DNA of 48,484 nt from Acholeplasmataceae bacterium (GTDB lineage: Bacteria; Bacillota_I; Bacilli_A; Acholeplasmatales; Acholeplasmataceae). The notes beneath the pieces are model-generated. The model did no database searches. It had not been told where the DNA came from and worked only from the letters and a program-made list of their open reading frames with translations. Shown one piece after another: positions 29,206 to 39,813 of this stretch. Positions within the stretch are counted from its first letter, which is position 1. Each line of letters opens with the position of its first letter. The position numbers and the translations under genes were made by a program. The stretch is taken from positions 1 to 48,484 of the forward strand of contig JBBACV010000001.1 of assembly GCA_041656835.1 (NCBI GenBank), written 5' to 3'.

Positions 29206-30518
29206 ATGCTTTACCGTGAAATTGAGAGTTATATAGAATCTTTTTTACTGTCTAATTCTAATAAATTATTAACAGTTACTGGTGCTAGGCAAATAGGAAA
29301 ATCTTATATTATTTACAGACACGTCGGAAAAAAACTTTATAAAAATTTTATTGAAATAAACCTGCTTGAAGATAAACTAAACGATAAGATTTTCGAAAAC
29401 GTAACTAGTGTCAAAGATTTTTATTTAAATTTAAGTTCTTTATTCGGTGATAAATTATCCAGAAAAGAAGACACCTTAATTTTTCTTGATGAAGTACAAA
29501 CATATCCCGAATTATTGACTTTATTTAAATTTTTAAAAATAGACGATAAATATAACTACATTGCGAGCGGTTCTCTTCTCGGGGTGACTCTTTTTAACAC
29601 GTCATCGGTGCCCATCGGAAGCATTGAACTTAAAGAAATGTATCAATTAAGTTTTAAAGAATTTCTCATTGCCAATAATTTCAACAAAAATTCAATCGAA
29701 TCTTTAACAATAAAAAAATCTAAACTAGAATCTTTAGACAAAGGCCTTCATAACCGGCTTCTTAACTTATTTAAAGAATATTAATTGTTGGTGGAATGCC
29801 TGATGCTGTGATGAAATTTATAGCATCCAAAAATGTCTATAATATTAGAAATATCCAAACAGATATTTATAATTTATATAAGATTGATACCACTAAATAC
29901 GATTTAGAAAAAAAGTTAAAAACTATTAGAATATATGAAAACATCCCTTCAATTATGGGTCAAGTTAAAAAACGAATTGTGGCTAAGAATATTGAAAACA
30001 AATCTAATGCTAGATTTAGTTATTATCAAGATGAATTTGATTATTTAATAAGTAGTGGGATTACTCATGAAGTAAAGGCCGTCTCCGAACTTAAGTTTCC
30101 TTTATTATCTAGTACCCACAAAAACTTATTGAAACTTTATTTAAACGATGTTGGCATTCTTTCTAATTTACTCTTTAAACACAACATTAAGGCCATTAAG
30201 GACTCTAGCTTATCAATTAACTTAGGTTCTTTATATGAAACTGCCGTTGCTAGCGAACTAAAAATACAAGGTTATAATTTAAGCTATTATGATAACAGAA
30301 ATAATGGTGAAGTCGATTTTTTAATTGACGATTATAATTCTTTATTTATTATTCCAACTGAAGTTAAAAGCGGAAGAGGCTATAACACCTATAGTGCTTT
30401 AAATAAATTACTACATAATAAGTCCGTTAATCAAGCTTATGTGTTTTCTAATGAACGAACAATAAAAAAGGTAAATAACATAATTTATTTACCCATTTAT
30501 TTTGTTTCTTTTCTTTAA
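29206..30518 (+). pseudogene. AAA_14 ATPase + DUF4143 protein, split by a 1-nt frameshift
   Basis: GARQIGKS, FLDEVQ and SGSLLG in the first ORF. GAA TAT T-A ATT GTT GGT GGA ATG CCT at about 29781 restores EYLIVGGMP. The second ORF has KLYLNDVG and the PD-(D/E)xK-like end EVDFL..EVKSG. Confidence 0.88.
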
Positions 30519-31075
30519 AAAGAAAAATCTTCTAAGTTTTCAATCACCTTTTTAAGAGGAAGTCCCATAATTGTATGGAAGTCTCCTTCATACTTTTCAA
30601 TTAAAAATGATCCCTTACCTTGAATCGCATAAGAACCCGCTTTTCCAAGCGGTTCTTTTGTTTCTACGTAAGTTTTAATTTCATCGTCTGAAACATTATT
30701 AAAGTAAACCGTTGATTTTTCAGTGAAGCTAATTTCTTTTTTATTTTGAGTGATACAAACAGCGGTAATAACCTCATGTTTTTTGCCTCTTAATTTTTCT
30801 AACATATGATAAGCATCATCTAAATCTTTTGGTTTTCCTAAAATTTCTTTCCCAAAAACAACAATCGTATCAGCTGTTATTAATACATCATTAGGATATT
30901 GTTCCTTTAATGAGTAGTTTTTTCTTTTGGCTGCATTTAAAGCATAGCTTTCAGGCTTGACATTATGGCGGTTATTATTGGACTCATCAAAAATAGGATC
31001 TACCACTTTAAAAGTAAGTCCGGCGCTTAATAATAATTCTTCTCTTCTTTTGGATGATGATCCTAAAATTAACAT
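30515..31075 (-). CDS. maf: Maf-family nucleoside triphosphate pyrophosphatase
   Basis: ILGSSSKRREELL, ADTIV, ILGKP, GKAGSYAIQG, IMGLP. Confidence 0.95.
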   Translation of the reverse strand: MLILGSSSKRREELLLSAGLTFKVVDPIFDESNNNRHNVKPESYALNAAKRKNYSLKEQYPNDVLITADTIVVFGKEILGKPKDLDDAYHMLEKLRGKKHEVITAVCITQNKKEISFTEKSTVYFNNVSDDEIKTYVETKEPLGKAGSYAIQGKGSFLIEKYEGDFHTIMGLPLKKVIENLEDFSF

Positions 31076-31119
31076 CTTTTGATTCCTTTACGTGTTATAA
31101 TAATTTATGGAGAGTTAGT

Positions 31120-32355
31120 ATGAATTTAAAATTAAACTTATCTAAAAAACCTGTATATATTCTAGCCATTAGTGGCGGTGTCGATTCAATGGTGTTACTC
31201 GATCTTTTTATCAAAAACAACTTTAAGATCGTTGTTGTCCACTTTAACCATCAAGTTAGGGATGAATCTATCCTAGATCATGAGTTAATTAAGGATATTA
31301 CCACCTTACATGATGTTTGTTATCATTATATCAAACTATCAATCAAAAGTGGTAATTTTCAAGCAGAAGCTAGAAAAGAAAGATATAATAACTTAATTAA
31401 ATTATCTAGAAAATATAATACCAACAATATAGTTACCGCTCATCATCTAGATGATTTAGCGGAAACTATATTAATTAAATTAATTAGAGGTTCTAATCTT
31501 TTAGGTTATTCTTCAATGAGAGAATCAACTTTAATTAATGATATTAACTATTTAAAACCCTTATTAACTTATCCTAAAGAATCTTTAATTAAATACGCTA
31601 ATTTAAATAAAATTAAATATAATCTTGATGAAAGTAATTTAGAAGACTCTTATTTAAGAAACCGAATTAGGCATAATGTTATGCCTTTTATTAAAAATGA
31701 AAGAAATTCATTAGATAACTTTCTTTCATTTTCCAAACAAACATATTTAGCTTCTAAATATATTAGAACAAAAACATTATCTTTTTTAAATAAAAAAGAT
31801 GAGTTTAGTTTTTCTTCTTTTAATAAATTAGATTTAACGATAAAAATGGATATTATTGCTTATTTATTAGAGAAAATTAATAGTCAAAGAACTTATCAAA
31901 AAATCGAAACTATTTTAAAACAATTATCATCTAAAAAACCAAACATAAACATCACTCTTTCAAAAGATTATAAACTTGTTAAATCTTATGATTTAATTAA
32001 ATTAGAGCCATTTATTAACATAGATTTTCAAGTTTCAAATTACAATCTTGTAATTTCCCCCAAAAAGATAGATAAGGCGGATGAATTTATTATGATATGT
32101 TATAATAAATTAGATTTTCCATTAAATATTAGAACTAGAAAACCGGGCGATAAATTACAATTTAATTATGGTCATAAATCTTTAAAAAAATATTTAATTG
32201 AAAAGAAAGTCCCTTTAAATAATCGAGATCAATTACTAATTGTAGTTGATCAAAGTAACACTATTATTTGGATTCCTAATTTATATATAAATAATACTTT
32301 AGGAAATAAAAACAAACTTTATTTAACCATTAAGGAGAAAAATAATGCACAATGA
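31120..32355 (+). CDS. tilS: tRNA(Ile)-lysidine synthetase
   Basis: AISGGVDSMVL, TAHHLDDLAET, RNRIRH. Start ATG 31120 after GGAGAG. Confidence 0.96.
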   Translation: MNLKLNLSKKPVYILAISGGVDSMVLLDLFIKNNFKIVVVHFNHQVRDESILDHELIKDITTLHDVCYHYIKLSIKSGNFQAEARKERYNNLIKLSRKYNTNNIVTAHHLDDLAETILIKLIRGSNLLGYSSMRESTLINDINYLKPLLTYPKESLIKYANLNKIKYNLDESNLEDSYLRNRIRHNVMPFIKNERNSLDNFLSFSKQTYLASKYIRTKTLSFLNKKDEFSFSSFNKLDLTIKMDIIAYLLEKINSQRTYQKIETILKQLSSKKPNINITLSKDYKLVKSYDLIKLEPFINIDFQVSNYNLVISPKKIDKADEFIMICYNKLDFPLNIRTRKPGDKLQFNYGHKSLKKYLIEKKVPLNNRDQLLIVVDQSNTIIWIPNLYINNTLGNKNKLYLTIKEKNNAQ

Positions 32356-32884
32356 TATTTTAGAAATATTAGTAACTCATGATGAAGTTGTTTCTATTAG
32401 TAAAAAACTAGGAAAAGATATTTCAAAAGACTACAAAGATAAAACCCCTTTATTAGTGGGTTTATTAAATGGTTGTGTTCCATTTATGGCAGAACTAATA
32501 AAACATATTGATGTACCCCTTGAAATTCAATTTATGGATGTATCTTCATATCATGGTGGTCTTAAATCATCAGGTGATATTAATATCAAATATGATTTAA
32601 AAACATCGGTTTCTAACCGCGATGTCTTAATTGTTGAAGATATTGTCGATAGTGGGAATACCATTAATGTTATTTATGATTTATTAAAATACCGCAATGC
32701 TAAGTCTGTTAAAGTCGTGACTTTATTAGATAAACCAAGTGGTCGAGTTATTGATTTTAAACCAGATTATATTGGTAAAGTTATTCCAAATAAATTTGTT
32801 GTTGGGTTTGGCTTAGATTATAAAGAGCTATATCGTAATTTACCATATGTCGGTGTATTAAAACCAGAAGTTTATACAAAGTGA
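32345..32884 (+). CDS. hpt: Hypoxanthine phosphoribosyltransferase
   Basis: VLIVEDIVDSGNT, LLDKP, FVVGFGLDY, YRNLPYVG. Confidence 0.97.
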   Translation: MHNDILEILVTHDEVVSISKKLGKDISKDYKDKTPLLVGLLNGCVPFMAELIKHIDVPLEIQFMDVSSYHGGLKSSGDINIKYDLKTSVSNRDVLIVEDIVDSGNTINVIYDLLKYRNAKSVKVVTLLDKPSGRVIDFKPDYIGKVIPNKFVVGFGLDYKELYRNLPYVGVLKPEVYTK

Positions 32885-32894
32885 GGAATATTTT

Positions 32895-34820
32895 ATGAAC
32901 GCAAAACAACCAAAAAGATCCCCAATTAGACCAGATTTTTTAGTAATTGTTATTATAATTCTAGCAGCAATCGGTTTATACTTTTTCTTTACTGGTATGC
33001 AACCAGGAAATAAAAATTTAACCGAAAATGAATTAATTGAAAATATTGAAAATGGTTATATCGCAAGTATTAAAATTGAATATGTTGGTGGCGATAACTA
33101 TGATTTATGGCATTTAAATGGTCGCTATAGTGATGGTAATACTCCAGAGGGGTATCGAGGTTTTGAGCTTTATTTATATGGTTCAAGACTTGATAAAATT
33201 CATGATGTTATTGATGAATATAATGAATCAAACCCATCAACTCCGGTTCATGCTACTTATTTAGAACATGTTACTGTTGATTTTTGGAATATAATTTCTA
33301 CAATCCTTTTAATAGCCGTACCAATTGTTTTAGTTATTTTCTTATTTAGAAGTATGACATCTCAAAATAATAGAGCTCAACAATTTACTAAAAATAGAGC
33401 TAGACTTTCAAAAGGAAAACCAGTTAAATTTAGTGATGTTGCAGGTGCTGACGAAGAAAAAGTAGAAATGGCTGAATTAATTGACTTTTTAAAAAATCCA
33501 CGTAAATATCAAGATATGGGAGCTAGAGTTCCTAAGGGAGTTTTATTAGTTGGTTCCCCTGGTACAGGTAAAACATTATTAGCTAAAGCAGTTGCTGGTG
33601 AAGCTAATGTTCCATTTTTCACTATTTCAGGTAGTGACTTTGTTGAATTATATGTTGGTGTTGGTGCTTCAAGAGTTAGAGATTTATTTAGAGTGGCTAA
33701 AGAAAATGCTCCGTGTATTATCTTTGTTGATGAAATTGATGCCGTTGGCCGTCAAAGAGGTGCCGGACTTGGTGGTGGTAATGATGAACGTGAACAAACA
33801 TTAAACCAACTACTAGTTGAAATGGATGGGTTTGCACCTAACTTGGGTATTATTATTATTGCTGCAACTAACCGCCCTGATGTTTTAGACCCTGCTCTTT
33901 TAAGACCAGGTAGATTTGATCGTCAAATAATGATGCAAATTCCTGATCAAAGAGCCCGTGAACAAATCTTAAAAGTTCATGCTAAAAATAAAAAGTTAGA
34001 TCCAGATATTAAATTTAGTGAGCTTGCGATGAGAATCCCAGGATTTACTGGGGCTGATATCGAAAACTTGCTTAATGAAGGTGCTCTTTTAGCAGCTAGA
34101 GAAAACCGAACTATTATTACGATCGCTGATTTAGATGAGGCTGCTGATCGTGTTATGATGGGGCCTGCTAAAAGATCTAGAAAATACACACCTAAAGAAA
34201 AAGAAATGACTGCTTATCATGAAGCTGGTCATGCTGTTATCGGAATCAAAGTTAAAAATGCATCAGTTGTTCAAAAAGTTACCATCATTCCTAGAGGAAG
34301 AGCTGGTGGATATGCTTTATATACTCCGGTTGAAGAAAAGTTTAACTACTCTAAAAACGAACTTTTAGCTAACATCACCACCTCATTAGGTGGAAGAGTT
34401 GCTGAAGAAATAATGTTTGATGATGTAACAACCGGTGCTTACGATGACTTTAAACGTGCAACTAAACTTGCTAGAAGTATGGTTACAGAATACGGAATGA
34501 GTGAATTAGGACCCATTCAATATGAATCAGATTCTGGTAATGTCTTTTTAGGAAGAGATTACTTAAAAGAGAAGAACTTTAGCGATGCGGTTGCTTTAGA
34601 AATTGATCGTGAAGTTAGAAAAATTATTACTGAATGTTATGAAACCGCTAAAAAAGTTATTTTGGAAAATAAAGACTTACTTGATAACATCGCTAAATAC
34701 TTAATTTTAGCCGAAACATTAAATAAATCAGATATTGAAGAAATAGTCGCAACCGGTAAGCTTGAATGGTGGGATAACCGTGAGGAAGAACCTCTAAAGG
34801 ATAAAAAAATTGCGAATTGA
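32895..34820 (+). CDS. ftsH: ATP-dependent zinc metalloprotease FtsH
   Basis: Two TMs, [31 protein letters not shown]. Confidence 0.98.
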   Translation: MNAKQPKRSPIRPDFLVIVIIILAAIGLYFFFTGMQPGNKNLTENELIENIENGYIASIKIEYVGGDNYDLWHLNGRYSDGNTPEGYRGFELYLYGSRLDKIHDVIDEYNESNPSTPVHATYLEHVTVDFWNIISTILLIAVPIVLVIFLFRSMTSQNNRAQQFTKNRARLSKGKPVKFSDVAGADEEKVEMAELIDFLKNPRKYQDMGARVPKGVLLVGSPGTGKTLLAKAVAGEANVPFFTISGSDFVELYVGVGASRVRDLFRVAKENAPCIIFVDEIDAVGRQRGAGLGGGNDEREQTLNQLLVEMDGFAPNLGIIIIAATNRPDVLDPALLRPGRFDRQIMMQIPDQRAREQILKVHAKNKKLDPDIKFSELAMRIPGFTGADIENLLNEGALLAARENRTIITIADLDEAADRVMMGPAKRSRKYTPKEKEMTAYHEAGHAVIGIKVKNASVVQKVTIIPRGRAGGYALYTPVEEKFNYSKNELLANITTSLGGRVAEEIMFDDVTTGAYDDFKRATKLARSMVTEYGMSELGPIQYESDSGNVFLGRDYLKEKNFSDAVALEIDREVRKIITECYETAKKVILENKDLLDNIAKYLILAETLNKSDIEEIVATGKLEWWDNREEEPLKDKKIAN

Positions 34821-35058
34821 TAAATTCTTAAAAACCTCAAGAGTTATTAAAAGAAGAAAAGTTGCTAAAGATGCTTTACTTCTTGATAGAATTTATTTAA
34901 ATAATAATGTCGTAAAGCCATCTAAAAAAGTAAAAATAGATGATCTAATAACTCTTCATTTAGGAATGAAAATAATTACCATTAAAGTCTTATCATTAAA
35001 TCCTAAAGATTCTGATTTAATGTATCAATTAATTAGTGAAGAAAAACGATCGTCTTGA
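34810..35058 (+). CDS. S4-domain RNA-binding protein (YabO/RqcP-like)
   Basis: [30 protein letters not shown]; TTG start overlapping the ftsH end. Confidence 0.9.
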   Translation: MRIDKFLKTSRVIKRRKVAKDALLLDRIYLNNNVVKPSKKVKIDDLITLHLGMKIITIKVLSLNPKDSDLMYQLISEEKRSS

Positions 35059-35067
35059 TCGTTTTTT
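35042..35067 (+). terminator. Intrinsic terminator of tilS-hpt-ftsH-S4
   Basis: AAAAACGATC-GTCTT-GATCGTTTTTT. Confidence 0.7.
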
Positions 35068-35100
35068 AATGTATAATAAATTTATTAGGAGAAAGATAAT

Positions 35101-36585
35101 ATGCCTGAAAATGATATAAATGAACAACAACAAATAAGAAGAGAAAAAGCTAAAGAATTAAAAGAGTTAGGAATCGATCCTTTTGGTTCAAGATATGAAA
35201 GAACTCATCATGCCCTAGATATCATCACTTTATATGATAAATATAATCATGATGAATTAGAAGAGTTAAATAAAGAAGTTACTGTTGCTGGTAGAATTGT
35301 CTTAAAAAGAGTTCAAGGAAAAGCTGGTTTTATAAATATTTTAGATCAAGGTTCTAAAATCCAAGTTTATTTAAGACAAAATTTAATTGGTGACTTTAAT
35401 TTCGATATTTTTAAACGTTCTGATTTAGGTGATATTGTTGGTATTAAAGGAACCTTATTTAGAACAAGAACTAACGAACTAACCATTAAAGCAAGTGAAT
35501 TCACTCATTTAACAAAAGCTTTAACACCACTACCTGATAAATTTCATGGTCTTCAAGATAAAGAAGAAGCTAGACGCCGTCGTTATGTTGATTTAATTGT
35601 TAATGAAAACTCAAGAGAAATAGCCATTAAAAGAACTAAAATAATTAGAGCTTTTCAACACTACTTTGATAGTAAAGGCTTTATCGAAGTTGAAACCCCT
35701 GTCCTACAACCTATTTTAGGTGGAGCTTCAGCTAGACCTTTTATTACTCATCATAATACTTTAGATATGGATTTTTATTTAAGAATAGCAACCGAACTTC
35801 CTTTAAAAAGATTAATTGTTGGTGGAATTGACCGTGTTTATGAAATTGGAAGACTTTTTAGAAACGAAGGAATCGATGCTACTCATAACCCTGAGTTTAC
35901 TACCATTGAAGCTTATATGGCTTATGCCGATTTATCCGATATGATTATTTTAATCGAAGAGTGTTTAAGTAGTGTTGCGATGGAAGTTTTAGGAACCCAT
36001 GAAGTAACTTTCGGTGATAAAAAAATTATTTTAAAAGATTTTAAAAAAGCTCATATGGTTGATTTAATTAATGAACAAACTAATATTAACTTTTTTAATA
36101 TTAAATCTTTAGATGAAGCTCTTGCTTTAGCTAAAGAACATGAAATTGAATTAAAGAACCACTTTACAATTGGCCATATTATTGAAGGTTTCTTTGACAA
36201 ATATGTTGAAGATACTTTAATACAACCAACAATTGTTTATGGTCATCCAATTGAAATTTCACCTCTTGCTAAAAAAGACCCTAAAGATCCTAGATTTACT
36301 GAAAGATTTGAATTATTTATTAACGGTTCTGAGTATGCTAATTCATTTTCTGAATTAAATGATCCCATCGATCAAAAAGAAAGATTTGAAGCCCAACTTA
36401 AACTAAGAGATCAAGGTGATTTAGAAGCCAATGAAATGGATGTTGACTACATTGAAGCTTTAGAATATGGAATGCCACCTACCGGTGGGATTGGAATAGG
36501 GATTGATAGATTTGTTATGCTACTAACAAATACCCCTAACATTAGAGATGTAATTCTATTCCCACACGCCCGAGAAAAAAAATAA
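35101..36585 (+). CDS. lysS: Lysine--tRNA ligase (class II)
   Basis: LPDKFHGL, EVETP, YLRIATEL, FRNEGID, YGMPPTGGIGIGIDR. Confidence 0.98.
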   Translation: MPENDINEQQQIRREKAKELKELGIDPFGSRYERTHHALDIITLYDKYNHDELEELNKEVTVAGRIVLKRVQGKAGFINILDQGSKIQVYLRQNLIGDFNFDIFKRSDLGDIVGIKGTLFRTRTNELTIKASEFTHLTKALTPLPDKFHGLQDKEEARRRRYVDLIVNENSREIAIKRTKIIRAFQHYFDSKGFIEVETPVLQPILGGASARPFITHHNTLDMDFYLRIATELPLKRLIVGGIDRVYEIGRLFRNEGIDATHNPEFTTIEAYMAYADLSDMIILIEECLSSVAMEVLGTHEVTFGDKKIILKDFKKAHMVDLINEQTNINFFNIKSLDEALALAKEHEIELKNHFTIGHIIEGFFDKYVEDTLIQPTIVYGHPIEISPLAKKDPKDPRFTERFELFINGSEYANSFSELNDPIDQKERFEAQLKLRDQGDLEANEMDVDYIEALEYGMPPTGGIGIGIDRFVMLLTNTPNIRDVILFPHAREKK

Positions 36586-36588
36586 CCT

Positions 36589-37749
36589 ATGTCAAGAAAA
36601 ATTTACTTATTTCTTTCTTTATTCTTACTAACCTTTATTTTATTTGCTTGTAATAAAAAAACAAATAATAATGAATTATTATATACTTTAGAGTTTTATG
36701 TTGATGGTGAATTATATTACGAAGAAGTATTAAAAGAAAATGAATTAATCAATTTTCCTGATGAACCAAATAAAGAAAATTATACTTTTATTGGTTGGTT
36801 TAGTAATAACACCTTATTTGAGGATGATAAACTTAGTTTGAATTTTCTACAATTAGAAGCTAAATTTGAAACTGAAATTAATGAAGAGGATGAAGAGGAT
36901 GAAGTGGTTGACGAAGGTGAAGAAGGTGAAGAAAGTGAAGATCCTGCTGATCCATTAAATTATACCGGATATTATGAATCTATCAATGATATTACTGATG
37001 ATGAATTATTTGATTCCCTTCATAATCTCGTTCTTGATACAGGTATTTATGAAACCATTACTTATGGTCAAGCAAGATATTACTTAGAAGAATCAGATTT
37101 ATGGGTTAATAAACATCCGGACTATTTAAATCTTATTTATAGTGACACTGTTAGAAAAGAAACGAAACCTGTCTTTACCTTTAAAGCTTATGCAATTCCT
37201 AAATGGGACCAAGCTAATACGTGGAACCGGGAACATGTATGGCCAAAATCATTATTAGGACCAACAAATTGGAAGTCAGATCCCAAAAATGGTACAAGAG
37301 GAATTGATGCCGACTTCCATAACCTAAGAGCTGCTGATGTTGGCGTTAATGGTCATAAAACAAATAATCCTTTCTTAAATGAAATAACTTTTTATCATTC
37401 CACTTGGGGTGATAATGATTTTGGTAATTTTAACAACAGATTTTATCCAGGAGATAATCACCGTGGTGATGTTGCTAGGATATTAATGTATATGAACTTA
37501 AGGTGGAAAGAAAATGCTCCTTTATCAAGAGTTATTAATATTGAAACTCTTCTTGGATGGCATGAAATTGATCCCGTTGATGAATTTGAAATAAACCGAA
37601 ATAACGTTATTTATGAGTATCAACATAATCGTAATCCATTTATTGATCACCCTGAATTAGCTTATAGAATTTATGGAGAAAAAGAAATAATTAGCGCCTC
37701 AAGTTTTATACCTAATTTTAAAATTAATAATTCTTTTTTTCAAATTTAA
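36589..37749 (+). CDS. Lipoprotein with InlB-B-repeat-like domain, acidic linker and endonuclease I (Bsn-like) domain
   Basis: Lipobox LFAC; PNKENYTFIGWF; NREHVWPKS, DFHNLR, RGDVARILMYM, NRNPFIDHPEL. Confidence 0.88.
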   Translation: MSRKIYLFLSLFLLTFILFACNKKTNNNELLYTLEFYVDGELYYEEVLKENELINFPDEPNKENYTFIGWFSNNTLFEDDKLSLNFLQLEAKFETEINEEDEEDEVVDEGEEGEESEDPADPLNYTGYYESINDITDDELFDSLHNLVLDTGIYETITYGQARYYLEESDLWVNKHPDYLNLIYSDTVRKETKPVFTFKAYAIPKWDQANTWNREHVWPKSLLGPTNWKSDPKNGTRGIDADFHNLRAADVGVNGHKTNNPFLNEITFYHSTWGDNDFGNFNNRFYPGDNHRGDVARILMYMNLRWKENAPLSRVINIETLLGWHEIDPVDEFEINRNNVIYEYQHNRNPFIDHPELAYRIYGEKEIISASSFIPNFKINNSFFQI

Positions 37750-37757
37750 TTTATAGC

Positions 37758-37793
37758 AAAAGTCCTTTTTAATATTTAATTTGGACTTTTTTT
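37758..37793 (+). terminator. Probable terminator after the nuclease gene
   Basis: AAAAGTCC...GGACTTTT followed by TTT; the loop is large. Confidence 0.55.
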
Positions 37794-37906
37794 ATTATAA
37801 AACAGTGTAATATAATAACCATCTAGTGCATAACACATTGAATCGTCTTGTAAAATATATTGTTTCATTATATATTTTAATTTGTAGTGAATAAAGGAAG
37901 GTTATT

Positions 37907-38731
37907 ATGAGAAAGATATTATTTGTAATATTTATATCTGTGTTGTTAGTTATTATACCCAGTTGTCAAAATGATATCAAAGACATTGAAAACAATAATC
38001 ATAAAAACGCTAAAAATGATTATCATGAAGATACTGAAATGTATAATGTCATTGTTGTCGATAATTATAAATTCTTAAAAGAATCTTTAAATGATAAATA
38101 CCAAACTGACGATATAATTGTGGTAAAAACCACCATCTTAATGGATGTTGATTTAAAATTATATGTAAATGATGTTTTTCATTCAACTCAAAGTCATCCG
38201 GTTAATACAAGAGATCATTGGGAATATTATATAACGATGCCAGACCATGATATAACAATTTCATTTGAAGTTGATAGTCAAACAGAACTAACTTCTTTAA
38301 AACTTATAAGTTATACTTTTTCGTCTACTGATTATAATTATGAAGATGTTTATCAAGTTTCTAATGATTTAAATGATTATCAATCCTATTTAGAAGAAAC
38401 ATATGATATTACTCCTGAAACTTTTTATTATGTTATTGATACTTTAGAGATTTATAAGGATTTATATAAAATATATTCAGGAGAAGATTTACCATCTAAT
38501 GTAGATTTTACTAATTATAAATGGATATTAGTAAATAGAGTTGCCAGTAGTTCTTCATTTATAAAAGCTGATTACCATGTTTATGATGAATACATAAAAG
38601 CAATCTATCCTTTTAATGATAAAGAAGGTGATACCGCATTATATGATTGTTATGACTTTATTAGAGTCCCTTTTAACCTTTATAACTTACTTGATGATTT
38701 AGGTTTAGAAATATTTGTAAATGAAAGGTAA
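37907..38731 (+). CDS. Hypothetical lipoprotein
   Basis: Signal peptide MRKILFVIFISVLLVIIPSC; RBS AAGGAAGG; acidic, Tyr-rich. Confidence 0.7.
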   Translation: MRKILFVIFISVLLVIIPSCQNDIKDIENNNHKNAKNDYHEDTEMYNVIVVDNYKFLKESLNDKYQTDDIIVVKTTILMDVDLKLYVNDVFHSTQSHPVNTRDHWEYYITMPDHDITISFEVDSQTELTSLKLISYTFSSTDYNYEDVYQVSNDLNDYQSYLEETYDITPETFYYVIDTLEIYKDLYKIYSGEDLPSNVDFTNYKWILVNRVASSSSFIKADYHVYDEYIKAIYPFNDKEGDTALYDCYDFIRVPFNLYNLLDDLGLEIFVNER

Positions 38732-38746
38732 TAATTTAATCAACTC

Positions 38747-38776
38747 AATAAAAAGCCCAATCGGGCTTTTTTTATT
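38747..38776. terminator. Bidirectional intrinsic terminator
   Basis: AAAAAGCCC-AATC-GGGCTTTTTTT between convergent genes. Confidence 0.85.
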
Positions 38777-39216
38777 TATATTTTTTCAATTGGAACACCT
38801 ATTTTAGAGCGTTTTAAATAAATTATTTTATAAGTGGAGTTATGGATTATTCCATCTACAAATAAGATTAATTCAGATTTAGTTTTTAAATCTAAGAAAA
38901 CTTGATTTGTATAAGTTAATTTGTTTTTATCCTTTTTTGAATATTTAATAAATTTAGATGTTGTTTCATAAACAATATCTTTTTTTAAATCGATTAAATC
39001 TTTTGTAATACCCCAAATAAAATAAATATTAAAAATTGATATTATTAAAGATATCGTTATTAAGATAATACTAAAAATTACTAAAGTTGGGTCATTAATG
39101 TTTTTGATTAAATCAAATATCCCATATCCGAAAGCAAACAATCCGATTAATAATACTAAAATATTAGTTTTTAGTTTACTTAGGACTCTTTGTTTTAAAA
39201 CTTGTTTAGCTAACAT
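38776..39216 (-). CDS. Hypothetical 2-TM membrane protein
   Basis: Two hydrophobic helices followed by a basic beta-rich domain; no clear RBS, so the start is uncertain. Confidence 0.6.
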   Translation of the reverse strand: MLAKQVLKQRVLSKLKTNILVLLIGLFAFGYGIFDLIKNINDPTLVIFSIILITISLIISIFNIYFIWGITKDLIDLKKDIVYETTSKFIKYSKKDKNKLTYTNQVFLDLKTKSELILFVDGIIHNSTYKIIYLKRSKIGVPIEKI

Positions 39217-39243
39217 GACTATTAAATGAAAAGGAACGATTTC

Positions 39244-39801
39244 TCATTCCTTTATTCCTATCTCATAAGCAATTTCTAAAAAGATTGTTTCAATTGGGTA
39301 ATATTCAATGTCCATTTTATTAAACATTTTATAAGTTTCATCATCTAACTTTTTAAACATTTTATCATCAAAGTTAATTTGTTTATTTAGTTTTTCAATG
39401 ATTTCTGTTTCAAAGTTTAATAAAAACTGCATGTCTTTTTCATCAAATTCTTCATAAGTGATTAATTCATTTTGAAAATCAATGGTTGTTAATAATAAAT
39501 TAACTTTATCGGCTTCTTTGTTTAAGTTTTCAATGTTGTTATTATATACTTCTTCTAGTAATCCTCTTATTTCTTCGACTTGGTCGAATAAATAATAAAA
39601 ACCTGTTTCAAAGATATTATGATCTTCTTCATTATATTCAGGGTCATCAATTAATTTATTATAAAAATAATCAACGACATCTAAAATGTTTTTGATGCGA
39701 TCATAAATAGGTGACTTTAATTTTTTTAATGATTTTATTAACTTATCATACTCAAGTAACCATCCAGCATATTCGTGATAAAGTAATTCATCTTTCCTTA
39801 T
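39244..39801 (-). CDS. Hypothetical acidic helical protein (185 aa), apparent ATA start
   Basis: The frame of the 62-aa track ORF stays open 123 codons further upstream (IRKDELLYHEYAGWLLEYDKLIKSLK...) with no ATG/GTG/TTG; AGAGG precedes ATA at 39801. Confidence 0.75.
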   Translation of the reverse strand: MRKDELLYHEYAGWLLEYDKLIKSLKKLKSPIYDRIKNILDVVDYFYNKLIDDPEYNEEDHNIFETGFYYLFDQVEEIRGLLEEVYNNNIENLNKEADKVNLLLTTIDFQNELITYEEFDEKDMQFLLNFETEIIEKLNKQINFDDKMFKKLDDETYKMFNKMDIEYYPIETIFLEIAYEIGIKE

Positions 39802-39813
39802 TAAACCTCTTTT

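Noticed and set aside
35059-35100. T-box leader before lysS (and before glnS)
   Set aside because: Intergenic gaps are 42 bp and 11 bp, with no T-box sequence.
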